A stretch of DNA of 62,662 nucleotides, filler included, from Choristocarpus tenellus KU-1152 (lineage: Eukaryota; Protista; Phaeophyceae), in the NCBI GenBank assembly GCA_964200185.2. It is 12 parts of 12 records of this genome, joined end to end, with 100 filler letters (N's around TTAATTAATTAA, not from the genome) between each part and the next. Parts side by side here need not be neighbours in the genome. Positions count along the whole stretch, not along the records: positions 12,390 to 17,539 come from CAXNAD020011706.1; positions 17,640 to 21,540 come from CAXNAD020017244.1; positions 21,641 to 25,105 come from CAXNAD020019850.1; positions 25,206 to 38,014 come from CAXNAD020001697.1; 8 more parts are not named here. The stretch is one strand, 5' to 3'. A program made the translations under genes and the position numbers. Of the stretch, positions 12,390 through 25,445 are shown in pieces. The notes under the pieces were generated by a model. It worked only from the letters and a program-made list of their open reading frames with translations. It ran no database searches and was not told the DNA's origin. The first letter of the stretch is position 1. Every line of letters starts with the position of its first letter.

Positions 12390-12586
12390 ATGACAGGGTC
12401 AACTGTTCCTATTCCTTGCCCCCCCCCCCCGCCCCCCACATACACACATCTGACTCCTCTTACCCCGATCCTGAATGCACACATCCCAAACATGCAAAAA
12501 AGAAGAAAAATATGAAAATGTCTTCACAAACTTTATATCGCCATTAATACGAGGGTACCTTCAACTAATGGGAAGGTACAGCCCCT

Positions 12587-15500
12587 TCAAACAGCAGTCT
12601 CCTCTACATCAGTGCGCCAGCCACGATGAGGATCGTGAAGAGTGTTTCCCCCAACTATAGATGGGTGGGATCCTTCAAACAGACCCAGCTGCGCGGCAGA
12701 GTTGACCTGTGCCAGCTTCCCGGCCATTTCCACCGCAGCTGCAAAATTACAAGTCTTTCCTGCCCATACCTACTCCCCTCCAGCACACCAGCCCAATACC
12801 CATTCACACAGATGTCACATTATCAAGGATGAAGCAGCACAAGAGAAGGGGGCGCAGATGGAAAGGTGAGGACCTGGTCAGTGAAAAAACAATCTGACAT
12901 GGTTAATGGTGGACAAAGGAAATATCACTAAGTAAGACAGATTCGACTGAACACAGCACTAAAGTCTTAGTCAACGCCAGAATAGAGGGTGGCGTGATCC
13001 CCAGTTACAATCCATTCCCCGAGAAATCCCACAGCAGATATTGAGACATGATGTAATGGTAATGGTTTGCTGAGATTCAAGTGTTCATCGGCGTGTGCCA
13101 AGGGATCACTGGTTATGACCAAGAGTGTCAACATTGCACAAGCAGGAGAAGAGATTCAAACAGAGTGCACCACTCAGTAACGACCACAACGCACTACCTT
13201 TTCCATGGCTTCAAACACTTCTTGAGCAGGATCAGCACAGACAGTATTGAACAGTTCAAATATAAACTTTTCAAGGAGACTCTGTCCTGCTCGGCAATTC
13301 CGGGATCGAACACACACCATTTCGCTTGTTCGTCCAACCCCCCTGGCCCCATGGGCTTCGTTCGAAGTAATATCCCAATCTTTAACAACCAGAATCTCTA
13401 CCACCCGTGGAGTCTCAGTCCCCAACATTATTATAACCCCTTCTTCCCTCCTCCCCTCCCTGATTGCAGTCACCTTTAGCACGCTGGCCTGTAAACTGCG
13501 TCCAAAACTGAAGCTCAGAGACCACGGGTGACGCTTTCCAGGGTCACCGTCAGCCCGACGATTGATGAGGTTGAGATTACGCGTGGCCTCTTCTTCTGAC
13601 TGACCCCCCGACAAGAAAACTACACCAGGAACAGCAGGGGGCACACGCCTCCTCAGCGTCTGCAGGGTAAGTTCAGCTGTGCGTTCAGGTGTTGCTTTCT
13701 TGTCTGGGGCATCCACACCTGCCATCATCATCTGGGGCTTCAGCAGTGTGCCCTCCAGGAAAACGCCTGCTGCAGACAGCGCCCCATACACCTCCCCAAG
13801 CACTAATTCGCTCACCTTACAAGGGGAAATCATAAGGGGAGGGAGGGGAGGGCAGACCAAGGGGGCAGGCAAGGATTGTGCTTGAAATTTTGCAATGGTA
13901 AGCTACTTGAGGAGAGGAAAAGAGCTTGTGAGGTATTGCAGGACAGCAGTCCACGTATCAAACAGGGAAGATTATTACACATGCAAAGAAGGGGTAAAGG
14001 AACATACTGAGCATAGAGATGATAACTACCAAGAACTCAGCTCTGCCACCTGTTAGATGTGAACAACTGTGTGAAATTCTGAGGTCACCCCTCACTTATG
14101 AATTGAGTCTCAAATGGGTCTCTCCTCCCAAAGCTGACCTCTAAATAGCTGCTCATACACGGATGCCCATTCAGGAGAAAATAGTAACCACTGCAAGCAC
14201 AAAATTCTCTGAACTTACCAACTCCAATAATCTTGCAGTACCCACAACTGGAGAAAAACTTGTAGAAACGAGGAGGTTAAACAAAGTCAGGCGCCAAGGT
14301 ACACAGGGAAACCTTTCCCAAATAGGAGTAAATGTTTACAAATACATAATGCAATGGTCAGGTATACTTCACAGCACCTACAGATGTGCAAACACGAGAG
14401 AGTACCGGCAGAAATGTTTGTTCATAAATCATCGACTATCGGGGAACCAGCCTTCCACTGGCGACCACCAACAAAGAGTACCTTATATTGCCAAATGCAA
14501 GTGCAGGTCGTCATATGTGTGTGTTTGTTCCTCTTAATCACGATATTGTGTGCAGAAGAAATATTCAAGTCCGAATTTTCCAGGAAATGTAGACTTTTCA
14601 GATCTTAAAGGGTACGGTAAAGCATAGAAGCAAAATTGAAAAAGCAAATGACACCTCACCCTGGACATCCCCTCAACCCATTGTCCCTTATCTTCAATAA
14701 TCCCCATTCCTCTTCCCCCTTCTCACACCTCCGCTACGCACTTGATGAGCACCTCACTCACCTCAGCAAAGCGTTCGATGCTGTGGTCACCATCAATCAG
14801 TATCTCTGGCTCAACAATGGGCACAAGTCCAGCCACCTGCGACAGCACAGCATATCGCGCAAGCTCGGCAGCATTGGCCTTGATCGCTCCCATCGTTGGT
14901 AGGTTCGCCTTGTCATCGATTCGGATTGTTGCTCGCCTGTTGTTGAGAAGTTTAAAGGTTTGAAAGGTGAGAGGAGTTGAAGGGGGCACCAGGTCTGAGT
15001 ACAATATTTATCGCACTTTTGGCATTGGGAAAGCTTCGCCATCTGGATTTTGCGATACCTTCGTTCCCAGCCTTCACATTTGCATAATTGCTCTAGGTAA
15101 AAACTTGTAGAGGCAGTAGACTTGGAGGCATTAACTGTAACACAGAGGAGGACCCCTGTTCAAAGGAGGCGAGTTGAATCTCCTGATACTGCCCATGCAA
15201 GCGAAAAGATATATAAATATGATTCTATATCCTCTCTCACCACTTGGCGAAGCGAGCCCCCTGCGAGTAGTATTCCCTGTTCCTCTCCAACAGTGTGTCC
15301 ATGCCTCTAGTTGTCGTCTCCCGCAGGCTACCTGCAATCTTCTGAAGACCCTTGTCGGTTTTCACCCCTACCAGAATGCCCTTATCTTGCAGGACATTCA
15401 CAAAACGTTTCCCATTGGACGTTGTCTGGTACAGCGTCTCCTCGAACAGGATCACTCCGCCCAACCACTCCCCCAAACTTGGGTGGGACAGGAGAACTTC

Positions 15501-15974
15501 GCGGTACTGTCGCCTGGTCTCTAAATCATTGACCAGTCCGGCGCCCACAAGTCGCTTCCCAATCTGTGAGTCAAATTCAAAAGCACGGAAGTATTATCAT
15601 ACTAGGTAAGGACAAAACCTAGGACAAAGTCGAGGTGAGAGAACGACATGGTATAGCTTCCGTTACACTGCACTCACTGTCGGAGTGGATTCATCTGCAG
15701 CAAGAATTCCCTTTCCACGAGCAGCAAGAGATTGAGCTATCTGGGCGAGTTCAGTCTTTTGGTGCTCTGTCAGTGGAAAGGATACCGGATGAATATTGGG
15801 GTGGTCATGCCCATTTCCTCTTCCATTCTTTCCATTACTCGGAGAAGAAATACTTTGCCCCTCTCCTCTGACAGTTTTCTTGCGCATACTCTTGGTCGCC
15901 CGGAAAGCCATAATCGATGTAGCCGCAACCAGTGCTAGACCAGTAACAGCTGAATTAACACGTTCTGTGCCCAT
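12587..15974 (-). CDS. FBA: Fructose-bisphosphate aldolase class I with N-terminal extension (complete, 5 exons)
   Basis: Exons 15974-15678 (..[13 protein letters not shown]), 15563-15241 ([23 protein letters not shown]), 14936-14762 ([22 protein letters not shown]), 13815-13474 ([36 protein letters not shown]) and 12769-12587 ([13 protein letters not shown]). All phases are consistent. Confidence 0.96.
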
Positions 15975-17503
15975 CTTATTCGTGTCCCAGATGGTGGGAG
16001 GTTGAACAAGGTGGTGGTTAGTAACAAACCAGATACAAGATGACAAACAAGAGGACAAGATGGCAAAACCAGATTACAACAGGTTTTAAAAAACAAATAA
16101 AAGTTCACATTGAAAGGACCAGACAAAAACTCATATTAATATTCAAAAAATACAACAAAATATCAATAAATGATAAAAATAATGGACGGTGACGTCAACT
16201 TGGAACGGCCACTACTTTGATGGCGGAGGATATATTGTAAAAGTAGAGTCGAAGTAGTTCCTAAGTTACTATGGATTATAATACGTGTCAAAGATGATAA
16301 ACACTAATAAAATATTATCACTTTCTTCGATATTGAGATTGAAATTCGTATGATGAACGTCGTCATTCGTGACATCAACACACATCTCAATACACGAGCA
16401 GTCACAGAACTATTAACACTATTATTGTTTGAAACAAGTTATCCCACTACTTTTGTAAATTCTTGTTCATGTTCGTGAAGTTCAAAGTAAAAGTAGAAAC
16501 GCGCACCACACAAATTGTAGTAGTAACTACTAGTACTTCTACTAGTACTACTACTATTATAATATTGTATTCCTATCAAAGTAAAACAAAAACGGATACA
16601 AAATAAAAACAAGGTGTTCCTTCTTTATATCATCTAGTGTCACTACTGTGAAGAACTTGGTAGTAGTACCACCTAGTATTACTAATTATTACTGCATACA
16701 CATTTCACACAATAGTGATTGGTATTATTCAATTTGCAGAGCTGTAATAGAAGTATCACAAAAGTTGTGGCAGGGATGAGGGGTCTTACCAGTACAATTA
16801 TAGAACACAGGCGAGAATCATGGATACCAATCCAAATATGAAAGACCTCTATTTTTTAGGATAAGTAAAAGTGGTTATTATGTATGATGCGCATAATGGG
16901 TAAATGATACTGATCATCACCACTTTCTTTGTTTTCTTCCTCTGATACTACTACTCCACACTGATGATAATGGTAATTGGAATGATAAGTATGATAAGTC
17001 GTCGTTGGTGAAATGAAAGCAAGTATCAAGTGTATTGACCCACACGATAGAAGTTGTCCCACTACTACTCCACTACAACCGAGCTCATTATACATTCATT
17101 AATGTCGCATTTAACTTCATCTGGTGGCTTGACTGATACTGATTATATTAGTAGGGGCACATACTTCGTACACTGTTGTACATCGTAAATAAAAAGTGAG
17201 AGGTGCGGCTTTCTCTCTCTCTCTATATATATATTAGGAATTTCTAGGGCAGGGTCCAGAGGCAGAGTCCATAGGCAGCTTCAGCAATAAGGTTCTATTC
17301 CACTTAACAATACGGATGTATGCGTGCGTGTATGTATGCTCATCCTAGAGTAATTTTCACTAATCTCCTTTGTAGACTTTGATATAGTTGATGATATTGA
17401 AATTCGGATGATTCCCGTGAAGACTTGGAAATTCATGTCAAGCATATTGAGGCACACAATTAACACAAACAAGTTACCCCACTACTCCACTAAAGCCCAG
17501 TAA

Positions 17504-17539
17504 GACCCAAAGTATCTGGGGGGGGGAGGGGGTCTACAC
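17504..17539. mobile_element. MITE family B terminus at contig end
   Basis: GACCCAAAGTATCTGGGGGGGGAGGGGGTCTACAC matches the reverse complement of the right end of 37798-37978. Confidence 0.8.
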
Positions 17540-17639
17540 NNNNNNNNNNNNNNNNNNNNNNNNNNNNNNNNNNNNNNNNNNNNTTAATTAATTAANNNNN
17601 NNNNNNNNNNNNNNNNNNNNNNNNNNNNNNNNNNNNNNN
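17540..17639. other. Artificial contig linker
   Basis: N44-TTAATTAATTAA-N44. Confidence 0.98.
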
Positions 17640-17686
17640 ATACATACATACATACATACATACATACATACATACATACATACATA
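17640..17686. repeat. (ATAC)n microsatellite
   Basis: Direct read. Confidence 0.95.
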
Positions 17687-17828
17687 AGGAGAAGTATTAG
17701 GCCAGTACTAGTATCAATGTATGTACAATTGCATACAAATGGGCTGGAAAGGGAACTATAACTCAGTTGGGCACGTCAGTGGGAATGATTACTGACACTC
17801 AAGCCTTTTCCCGAACGCACATCACCTA

Positions 17829-20450
17829 CTAAATCACTACAGCAGTGTTTGCAGTAGACTTGGTACCTTCTTGATGGGTGAAGGGTGTAGTGAAGACGTC
17901 GGGCATCACATTTCCATTAGGATGATTCAAAGTTTCAAAATATTTCCAGCACTGCTTGCTGAGGCCGTACTGGTCAGATAGGTAGGTACCCTTCCCATCT
18001 TGGAAGGCCTCCTCACCCGCAAAAGTGTCACTGATCTGTATTTTGTGCAGTTGGTCCACATTGTAATGGGAGGATGCGCATTAATACGAGGTACAGGAAG
18101 AGAGTGAGAGCATTACACCTTAGCACCGTGGATCACGCATCCATATCTGGCAGTTCAGATCAACCCAGGTGACAGTCACCCCCTCTACCTCCCTAGAGTT
18201 GTGAAGGGATTAAAATGAGCCCATGATGTCAGTAGGTAGGGTCAGGGATGGAATACAGATAGCTATCCCTGAAGGTGTCCTGGACACTGTCTAAGACCCT
18301 CATGAGCGGGGGGAGGAATAAGAGAGATCTCAACTCCATTTCCGGCAAAGTTCCCTTTTTGGAACTTCTGCGAGATACACTTGGGACTTGGAAATACTGG
18401 GGTCACAGCTTGCCGTATGAATATTTACACATGCCCAGCCTCAAGAGGCGTTGTGCTGCCAACCTCTAGGAGACCTCTGGTATCTGTGTGGAGAGGATAC
18501 AAGGCATTTCCAAATGGTTCTCCCAAGTCTCGCAAGAAGGACATATCAACAGTAACACACCAGTGCAGTGTACATTCATTGCATGGTACTGCCTTGCTCA
18601 TCACAGACAATCTCCCCAAATCTCTATTGCCAATTCTTTGGACAAGGCACCTACAGTGCAAACATTTATTTTGTTTCAACAATGAAACATTCAAAAATAT
18701 TTGGTTCACCAAAGTGTTACAGGACACACACTGGCTAAAATGTGCACCAAGACATGTCACACACTAGACATGTACTGCTCCGGAGTACTCCGCTGATAGA
18801 GTTAAATAAGAAACTAGAGGGGTGTGTACATTTGCTACAAAGAATAAATATATTTCGAAGGGAATGGATATGAACAATTTTGCTCTTCCCTGAAAATAGG
18901 TGTTAGTGAGATTTGCACACAGTTGAAGACCAAGTTCCTAAAGAAGGAGAACCATATGTTATACATATCCATAGGAGGATGTTTATGGCATTTTAGTTAG
19001 TGACCACCACTACTCCTATATCCTTGAATGTGAAAGGTAGGACTCGTGTCAGGTTTCACGGCTTAGCTTCTCAGGAGAGGTGCAACGATCTTTAGAAGCC
19101 TCCACCCTTTAAACAGGGAGATTTCACATCTAAGTTTCAACTACCCGATAGGAAGAAAATATCAGACTTGTCAATTTTCTATCCATACCTATTGTTAATA
19201 ACTCTTCAACACAATGAAGGTCTGCTTTGCCATGCACAAAAACCTTGAAATGGAGCAAGTCATTCTTGGTAGATCTCATGCGTAGTGGGGCATGGGTTCA
19301 AAACCAGGCTTGGTTCAAAGATATCTGAAGCCAGGGCCAGTAAGGCTCAGACTCCGGGGCAAAAACCACAGTATATGCAGTATTGAGAAGTCAAGAATTG
19401 TCAAGGTGGGTGCAGTGCTGCCCTGTGCCTAGGAAAAATCTGTAACAGCAGTGTGTATGTATATTTTATGTTATGTCTACGTATGCACAGCCTCATTATA
19501 CTTTGAGAATATGAGCAATATGTGGGTGTGGCGGGTGAAATCCCTCTTCTACCCTTCTGTGCATTGTATACATTTCGCAGCAAAGAATTAACAAAGGATG
19601 ACAATAACTCCCAAGCTATTGAACCAGCGAAATCTGTAACAGGCCTGGTAATAAGTTTTCCTTATGCTTTATGGGCATTTGCACGCCAGGGAATGAACAA
19701 ATAATCACAATTCATCCATTCATGGTCGATCAAAATATGTATACCAATCTTGACACTAAAAAGTAGCGCTGTCAAACCCAAGCGACTCATGAGCTAATCA
19801 ACAGACCTGCAAACGTAATGCCTGTGCCACAGTATACCATTTGTTTTACTTTTGGCTTGTGTTTCGGCGAAGTATTTGCCTACCTTGTCTTGGGAAGAAT
19901 CTTGATCATTCCCGTCGCGAATTATTGTGGAAAGTACTTGGAACTTGCCCATGGCCTCAATTTCGGTCACGCAATGGACATCACCTGAATGGATTGATGT
20001 TGGGACATGCGAGTAGCAGGCAGGTACACAACCATCAGTAATCAAGGGTAACAGCAACAATGGGCAGAACAGGAGGTATACCACAATTACCATAAGACAA
20101 CGGCGAAAAGGTTGAGGAGAAGTACTGGAGAGGTGCTGTTGCACCCATGGTCTGTGTCTACAGGCCACCTCAGCTAGAGCACTGCAATAGACATCCGGAT
20201 TGGCTGTAGTGTTCATGCGTCAAATTGTAAGGACATCACTACAATGTATTGCTGCCTACTGGGCTTGTTGGTAACATCATGCACTCACTTCCAGAGGTAT
20301 CTGATCAATTTCGATGCCAGTTTTCCTGAGCAGGTCGAATCAGGGACAAAATACACTGCTACATTGGTTCAGGTGGTAAAGGCAGTCTTGTGGATCCAAA
20401 TTCGAAAGGAAGGTATCCGTGCGTGGTGTTCAAGACTTGCAATATTTGCT
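17829..20450 (-). mobile_element. Degenerate, apparently spliced Penelope-like retroelement reverse transcriptase
   Basis: Minus-strand segments in RT order: NAHKA*GKLITRPVTDFAGSIAWELLSSFVNSLL (~19710-19575; cf. PLE PKIHK..RPIVS..GS..LS); LTILDFSIL/YTVV (~19405-19365; cf. LDVxSLYT); LTNTYFQ (~18915-18890); GALSKELA (~18650-18625; cf. GSPLSPxLA); VTWVDL (~18180-18155; cf. FLDL). Many stops and frameshifts; no intact YxDD. Confidence 0.45.
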
Positions 20451-21471
20451 TAGGTGTACAGGGGCCCTCAGAGATACCAAGGAAGAACACATACAACATA
20501 TTTCTGTGCTATACAATGCCAACAACATGTATCTCCAGAGAAACCTGTCTTATCCTTGGGAGCAATGACTCAGAAGAGAGCTTGTTGCCAACACACAAAC
20601 ATTATCAACTGTATTAGCATAAACATTCAAAGGAGGATATATTCGAATGTGCACAATGCCATAGTCACATGATTGACCACTGCTCAAGACCTGCAAACCA
20701 ACCAATAATTTGTAGTCCAAGAACAGCACAGAAACAAGTAGGAGTGGGGGCAGGATGAGGGGAGTAGCCACTATGACACTTCACAGTCTAACACACAAGA
20801 AGTGTAAAATGGAAGGCCCCCCTGCTCACCAGTCGTTCCTGAACCATAAAAACCTCAGCCAATCGAATCACCCCCTTGAGCTCTTCCCTAGTACCCCTGG
20901 GAGTAGCTCAGTAGAGCTCAGTACCTGGTTGAGTAGCAGCGATTGATGGCATGGGCAACACCATTTCCTTCATCACCAGGTACGATGATGTATTTACTGG
21001 AGGGATGCCCTGTGTCCTCTCCCTCGGTCCCAGCAGTGATCCCATGGAGTATGAAGCATTTGAAGCAATGCCCCATGCCACGTTTGAAATGGACCCTGCT
21101 GCATGAGATGGAACAACGCCAAACCAAGGCAAGCGGTGCCTGTGGTACATGGTACCTGCACCCTTCATCTCATCGGCATACCCCCTATCCTGCACACTGA
21201 GTTCTCCTCGGGGCTCATCAATGACTTCTTCAGTATATCCATCCTCCATCTCCATTGCACCCTCCGCGTAGCAAGGGGCATCCTTAGAGATTGGGGATGG
21301 CATGATGTGTTTCAAGGGAAAGAGGCGGCGGCGCAGGAGCGATATCAATGTTGCGAGAAGAGTTGCCATGAAATGGAGGCAAGGGGAGTGAAGGAAACGG
21401 CCAAGTGGATTTGTCACAAAGAATGAAAGGCGCAAGCAGTCCTCTTCCTTCTGTTTGCATGCTGGAGAAGA

Positions 21472-21540
21472 GGCTCAAAGTATCTGAGAGGGGGTGGCGG
21501 CTGTCCATTTGGGGTCAATTTTTTCATGTCGCGATTTTTG
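21472..21540. mobile_element. MITE family B terminus at contig end
   Basis: GGCTCAAAGTATCTGAGAGGGGGTGGCGGCTGTCCATTTGGGGTCAA..ATGTCGCGATTTTTG matches the left end at 37798. Confidence 0.85.
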
Positions 21541-21640
21541 NNNNNNNNNNNNNNNNNNNNNNNNNNNNNNNNNNNNNNNNNNNNTTAATTAATTAANNNN
21601 NNNNNNNNNNNNNNNNNNNNNNNNNNNNNNNNNNNNNNNN
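21541..21640. other. Artificial contig linker
   Basis: N44-TTAATTAATTAA-N44. Confidence 0.98.
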
Positions 21641-22633
21641 CCGTTCCTTCCTCAATTTTGAGAATCCCCTGTTAACAGGCGATTTGCAGGTTAAAAAGAA
21701 AGGAAACGTTAAGAACTACTCCATTGATTGCTGGAAAAAATAGTTGCCTTCAAATGATGGTGAAGGCATTATTTGAAGGATAAGTGCAACAGTGAGAAAA
21801 CAGTGTAACACGCTAACACACCCGGAAACGGCAAATACGGCCATCTTATTTTCGACTCTTGGCATGAAGGTTAGGGTGAATTTTTCGAAAATGCGTGCGA
21901 GAAAGTGAAAAAATAAATTACCGTGGTTCCCATGGCACAAAAATAGCACAGTTCGAGTTGCTACCAACCGTTTTGCCAAGACACACACATCACTGTCAGG
22001 ACAATTTGCTACTTGAAATCAAATAGTTACTTCAGCCCTCAGGAATACTCCCTACAGTAGGGGTATAACTATAACTACCTTCTTGTATGGAAGGGTAGGG
22101 GAGCAATGACTTGATTGAAATGACCAACATTGCACTGGTTTTGGAAGGATAAGACACCCCCTTCCGATTAACATGGTCTCTTAGTATCATACTTAATATT
22201 GGCATTAGTAGTGTAATTGGAGTATGTGTATATTATCTTGTCTACCAATTAAAAAAAAACACGTACAGTCAGAAATCGCAAGATTTTTCTTGTGTGACTG
22301 GCACAGTGTGCTAACTTACATTTTCAAGGAGAAGAAACAACAAACGAATGAGTAAGACAGGGGTATTCAGAACCGCCTCTTTCACGACAGATAGATGTTT
22401 GCAACACATTATACAAGCAACAAGTAACAACAAACGGCATTCCTCTCATATCGTTTGCTTCCCAACGATAGTGCACGCCTGCTCTATCTCTGTACATTGG
22501 TATCATATTAGTGGTAGCAACAGCTGGTGCTACTTTTCACTCCCTCGATACCAGGTATCTCTACCTTGTAGTGTGCAATGATTGCGTAGAACAAAATAAA
22601 ATAAATCAATTTGACTCCCCAAAATAAAAACAT

Positions 22634-22634
<1 letters not shown>

Positions 22635-22666
<32 letters not shown>
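22635..22666. repeat. (AC)n microsatellite
   Basis: Direct read. Confidence 0.9.
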
Positions 22667-22668
<2 letters not shown>

Positions 22669-23865
22669 GCAGTGTAGTACAGACAAAAGACACATATTAC
22701 CCTCTTCTTTTTCTTCTTTCCCACTACTTACAGTGGTACATTAAAACATAAAATAGTACAATCACCTCCAACGGCTCCTCTTCAAACAAGTCTCGACTTG
22801 GAAGAGCAAGGCCATCCTGAGGCATACACAAACCTCCAACACATTCAACCCAAAACGAAAAACAGCCAACACATACACAACAAGAGGTAGCGGTGTGTTG
22901 GCATAAATTCAACCCCAAGCACACTGAACTGCACTGCCACAGGACTGAATCATTACACCTAAGAGCAGCAGAGGCTCTCCCCCTCCTTCCATCTTGATTC
23001 CTACATTCAGCCTCCAGAAGGAGGCAATCAATCCAATTTTACTCCCCTGTCCTAGCCAAAAGCTTTCCCACCATTGCCTGATCTTACTCTACTACACACC
23101 CTGCTCACTTGCACACCTCCCTCCTGACACACATTGCCCACTACCAAACCAACACTTATGTTTTACCACCTGAGAATCCGTTCAGGCATGGCCAAAACAA
23201 AATTGGTAAAGCTTGTTGGGCGCAACTACTCAAATACTTTCCACAAAACCGCCGCCTTGTTGAAGCCTCTCATAGAAACACAGCATATCACCATCCCCCT
23301 TCCCAAAAAAAGTGGTAAATAACAGAAGTCACAAACAAAACAATCGGTGAATATGGGACAAGACAAGACAGTTGTATTCCAGGAAAATTCCAGGAAAAAA
23401 TGCGCCAGGTAGCAACATTTCGTACTCTCTTTTTCTGGATCCTCCGACAAACACAAAAAAATAAAAAAGAGAAGAAAGTAAGCCCCATCAAACCTTGTCC
23501 ACTCAGAGGATATCCATCTACCCCCCAAAAAGGTTCACTTCACTTCAAATATGCACTCCCCAAATGATCAAAATCAAAAATAAACTCCATGCAATATATG
23601 CCTCTCATGAAAATCATTCCCAAACCCCACCCCACCACACTACACCACATCACACCACATCACATCACATCACATAAATTTGCCCTCTCACCATACCATG
23701 AACTCAACCTTCAAAAAGTCAGTTTGGGAAGAGCTAACAATATCCCCTGTATATACCACCATCAATCTTCCACCTCAGGCTACCACAAGGCAAAGGCATA
23801 TACTGCTTCAGCCATGCCATCAGGAATCACCATACTCACTCCTCCCAACAACAGATTCACCACCT

Positions 23866-24722
23866 TCAAGTGCTGTAGGTTTTCACCACCTTGCCAATTC
23901 GTTGGCGGCATATGGGACACGTTTCCGACTTAGAGGCACAGTCCATACACAACACACGGTGACGGCAGCTAACTAAGAGAGCGTTCATCTCTTGAGTGTT
24001 ACACAGAAGACAAAGACCTTGAGAACGAAGGCGGGCCATGCCCTCTTCCTCCTGGCGAAGAAGCGAAGCTATCCTCCTTATTTCGGTTCTACCAAACCTG
24101 AGAAGCAGGCATCAGTGACGAGGATGTGTCGGGGTTGGGGTTATAGGGTGGAGAGAGGTGGACAGGAAAAAGCATCGAAAAAACTAACAACAAAAATGAC
24201 CAAAAAAAACGTCCAAGAGGTACGTACACCCTCTAGGGCTAGATTTTGCCCCCTTTTGAGTTGAAGGCCAGTTTTAACCTTGTGCAATATATACACCATC
24301 CCCATTCCTAAAATGCAGTTGACCCCCCCCTTAGGAAGGTGCGATTGTATGAGAAGATCAGTCGTGAACACAATGTTAGTCAAAATCACCCCCTCTACTG
24401 TGCTCAAAAAATACATGCACCTCGTGAGGCACAGGGGTCCACAAAACTCAAAGATACTCCCCTCTTATAGATGGAATCACTGTCTAGACCTGAGTTGCAG
24501 TGCTTGGGTTGACATCTTCAATACACCACCAGCAAAAACAATATCTGAACCCTATTGTTCAATTGACCGGGCAGCACTTCACCCAGAGCAAACACGGCAT
24601 TGAATCATAGAAGTTCTACTCTTTCCAACGCATCACCCAAGAAAACACTGGATCATTCCATACAAGGTAAAAATAGGTGTGGCCAAAATACAACACAACA
24701 GCAGTGTCACCTCCGGTGGCAC
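23866..24722 (-). CDS. Membrane-anchored C-terminal RING (C3HC4) E3 ligase, 5' partial
   Basis: Exons 24722-24637 (VPPEVTLLLCCILATPIFTLYGMIQCFLG, hydrophobic) and 24097-23866 (FGRTEIRR..CLLCNTQEMNALLVSCRHRVLCMDCASKSETCPICRQRIGKVVKTYST*). The RING exon is absent from the ORF track. Confidence 0.88.
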
Positions 24723-25081
24723 CTGCATGAGAAGAAAAAAGGCATGGTAAACAGTTGGTAAACAGTTGGTAAACAGTTCATCTCTAGAAACATATGAGTT
24801 TCTTTTGAAGGGGGTGATTCCCCTGGAACCAAGTCGATCGATTTCAACCTCCTCATTTGTAATAAAAAAATGGGAAGCACCACAGGCCACTTTCTCATCC
24901 ATAAGGACACTTTCTGACAACAATGACGATTTCACACCCTCCCAAAAATAAAAATAAAAATCATAATTTTCCAATATTTCACATTATGGGCCTTGAAAAA
25001 TGTTAGAAGAAACGGAAATTTTCAAATGAATTATAGTAGATTGTCATTGGAATGGCCCCAACCATAAATGTGAATGCAGAC

Positions 25082-25105
25082 GGGTCAAAGTATCTGGGAA
25101 GGGGG
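25082..25105. mobile_element. MITE family B terminus at contig end
   Basis: GGGTCAAAGTATCTGGGAAGGGGG. Confidence 0.65.
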
Positions 25106-25205
25106 NNNNNNNNNNNNNNNNNNNNNNNNNNNNNNNNNNNNNNNNNNNNTTAATTAATTAANNNNNNNNNNNNNNNNNNNNNNNNNNNNNNNNNNNNNNN
25201 NNNNN
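25106..25205. other. Artificial contig linker
   Basis: N44-TTAATTAATTAA-N44. Confidence 0.98.
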
Positions 25206-25445
25206 CCCCCCCTGCACCTTCTTGTCTTTGCTCCCCTGTGCACGTCGCTACCCTTGGTTTGAAAGCCGCTCCTACCAGCTCAAAGTCAATCGCTACGAGA
25301 ACAGTTTTTTGGCAAGCCTTTTGTACAACAAGGAACCTTAAACGGTCGAAGGGATACAAGGACCGGTGGCAGCAGCAATGGTGGCGCATCAGGCTTTTTT
25401 GAATATTTATCATCCACTGCGTTGACCCTTACCTCCTCGAGTCAG

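Noticed and set aside
13174-13473. Long C-terminal extension of aldolase in ORF 13174..13872
   Set aside because: Read-through into an intron; the true last exon is 12769-12587.
16130-17200. AT-rich foreign or viral insert upstream of aldolase
   Set aside because: Compositional shift is visible, but there is no convincing ORF, terminal repeat or motif.
20340-20420. Ty3/gypsy RT motif (IHKTAFTT on minus strand)
   Set aside because: Not followed by the expected YEF..MPFGL; probably chance.
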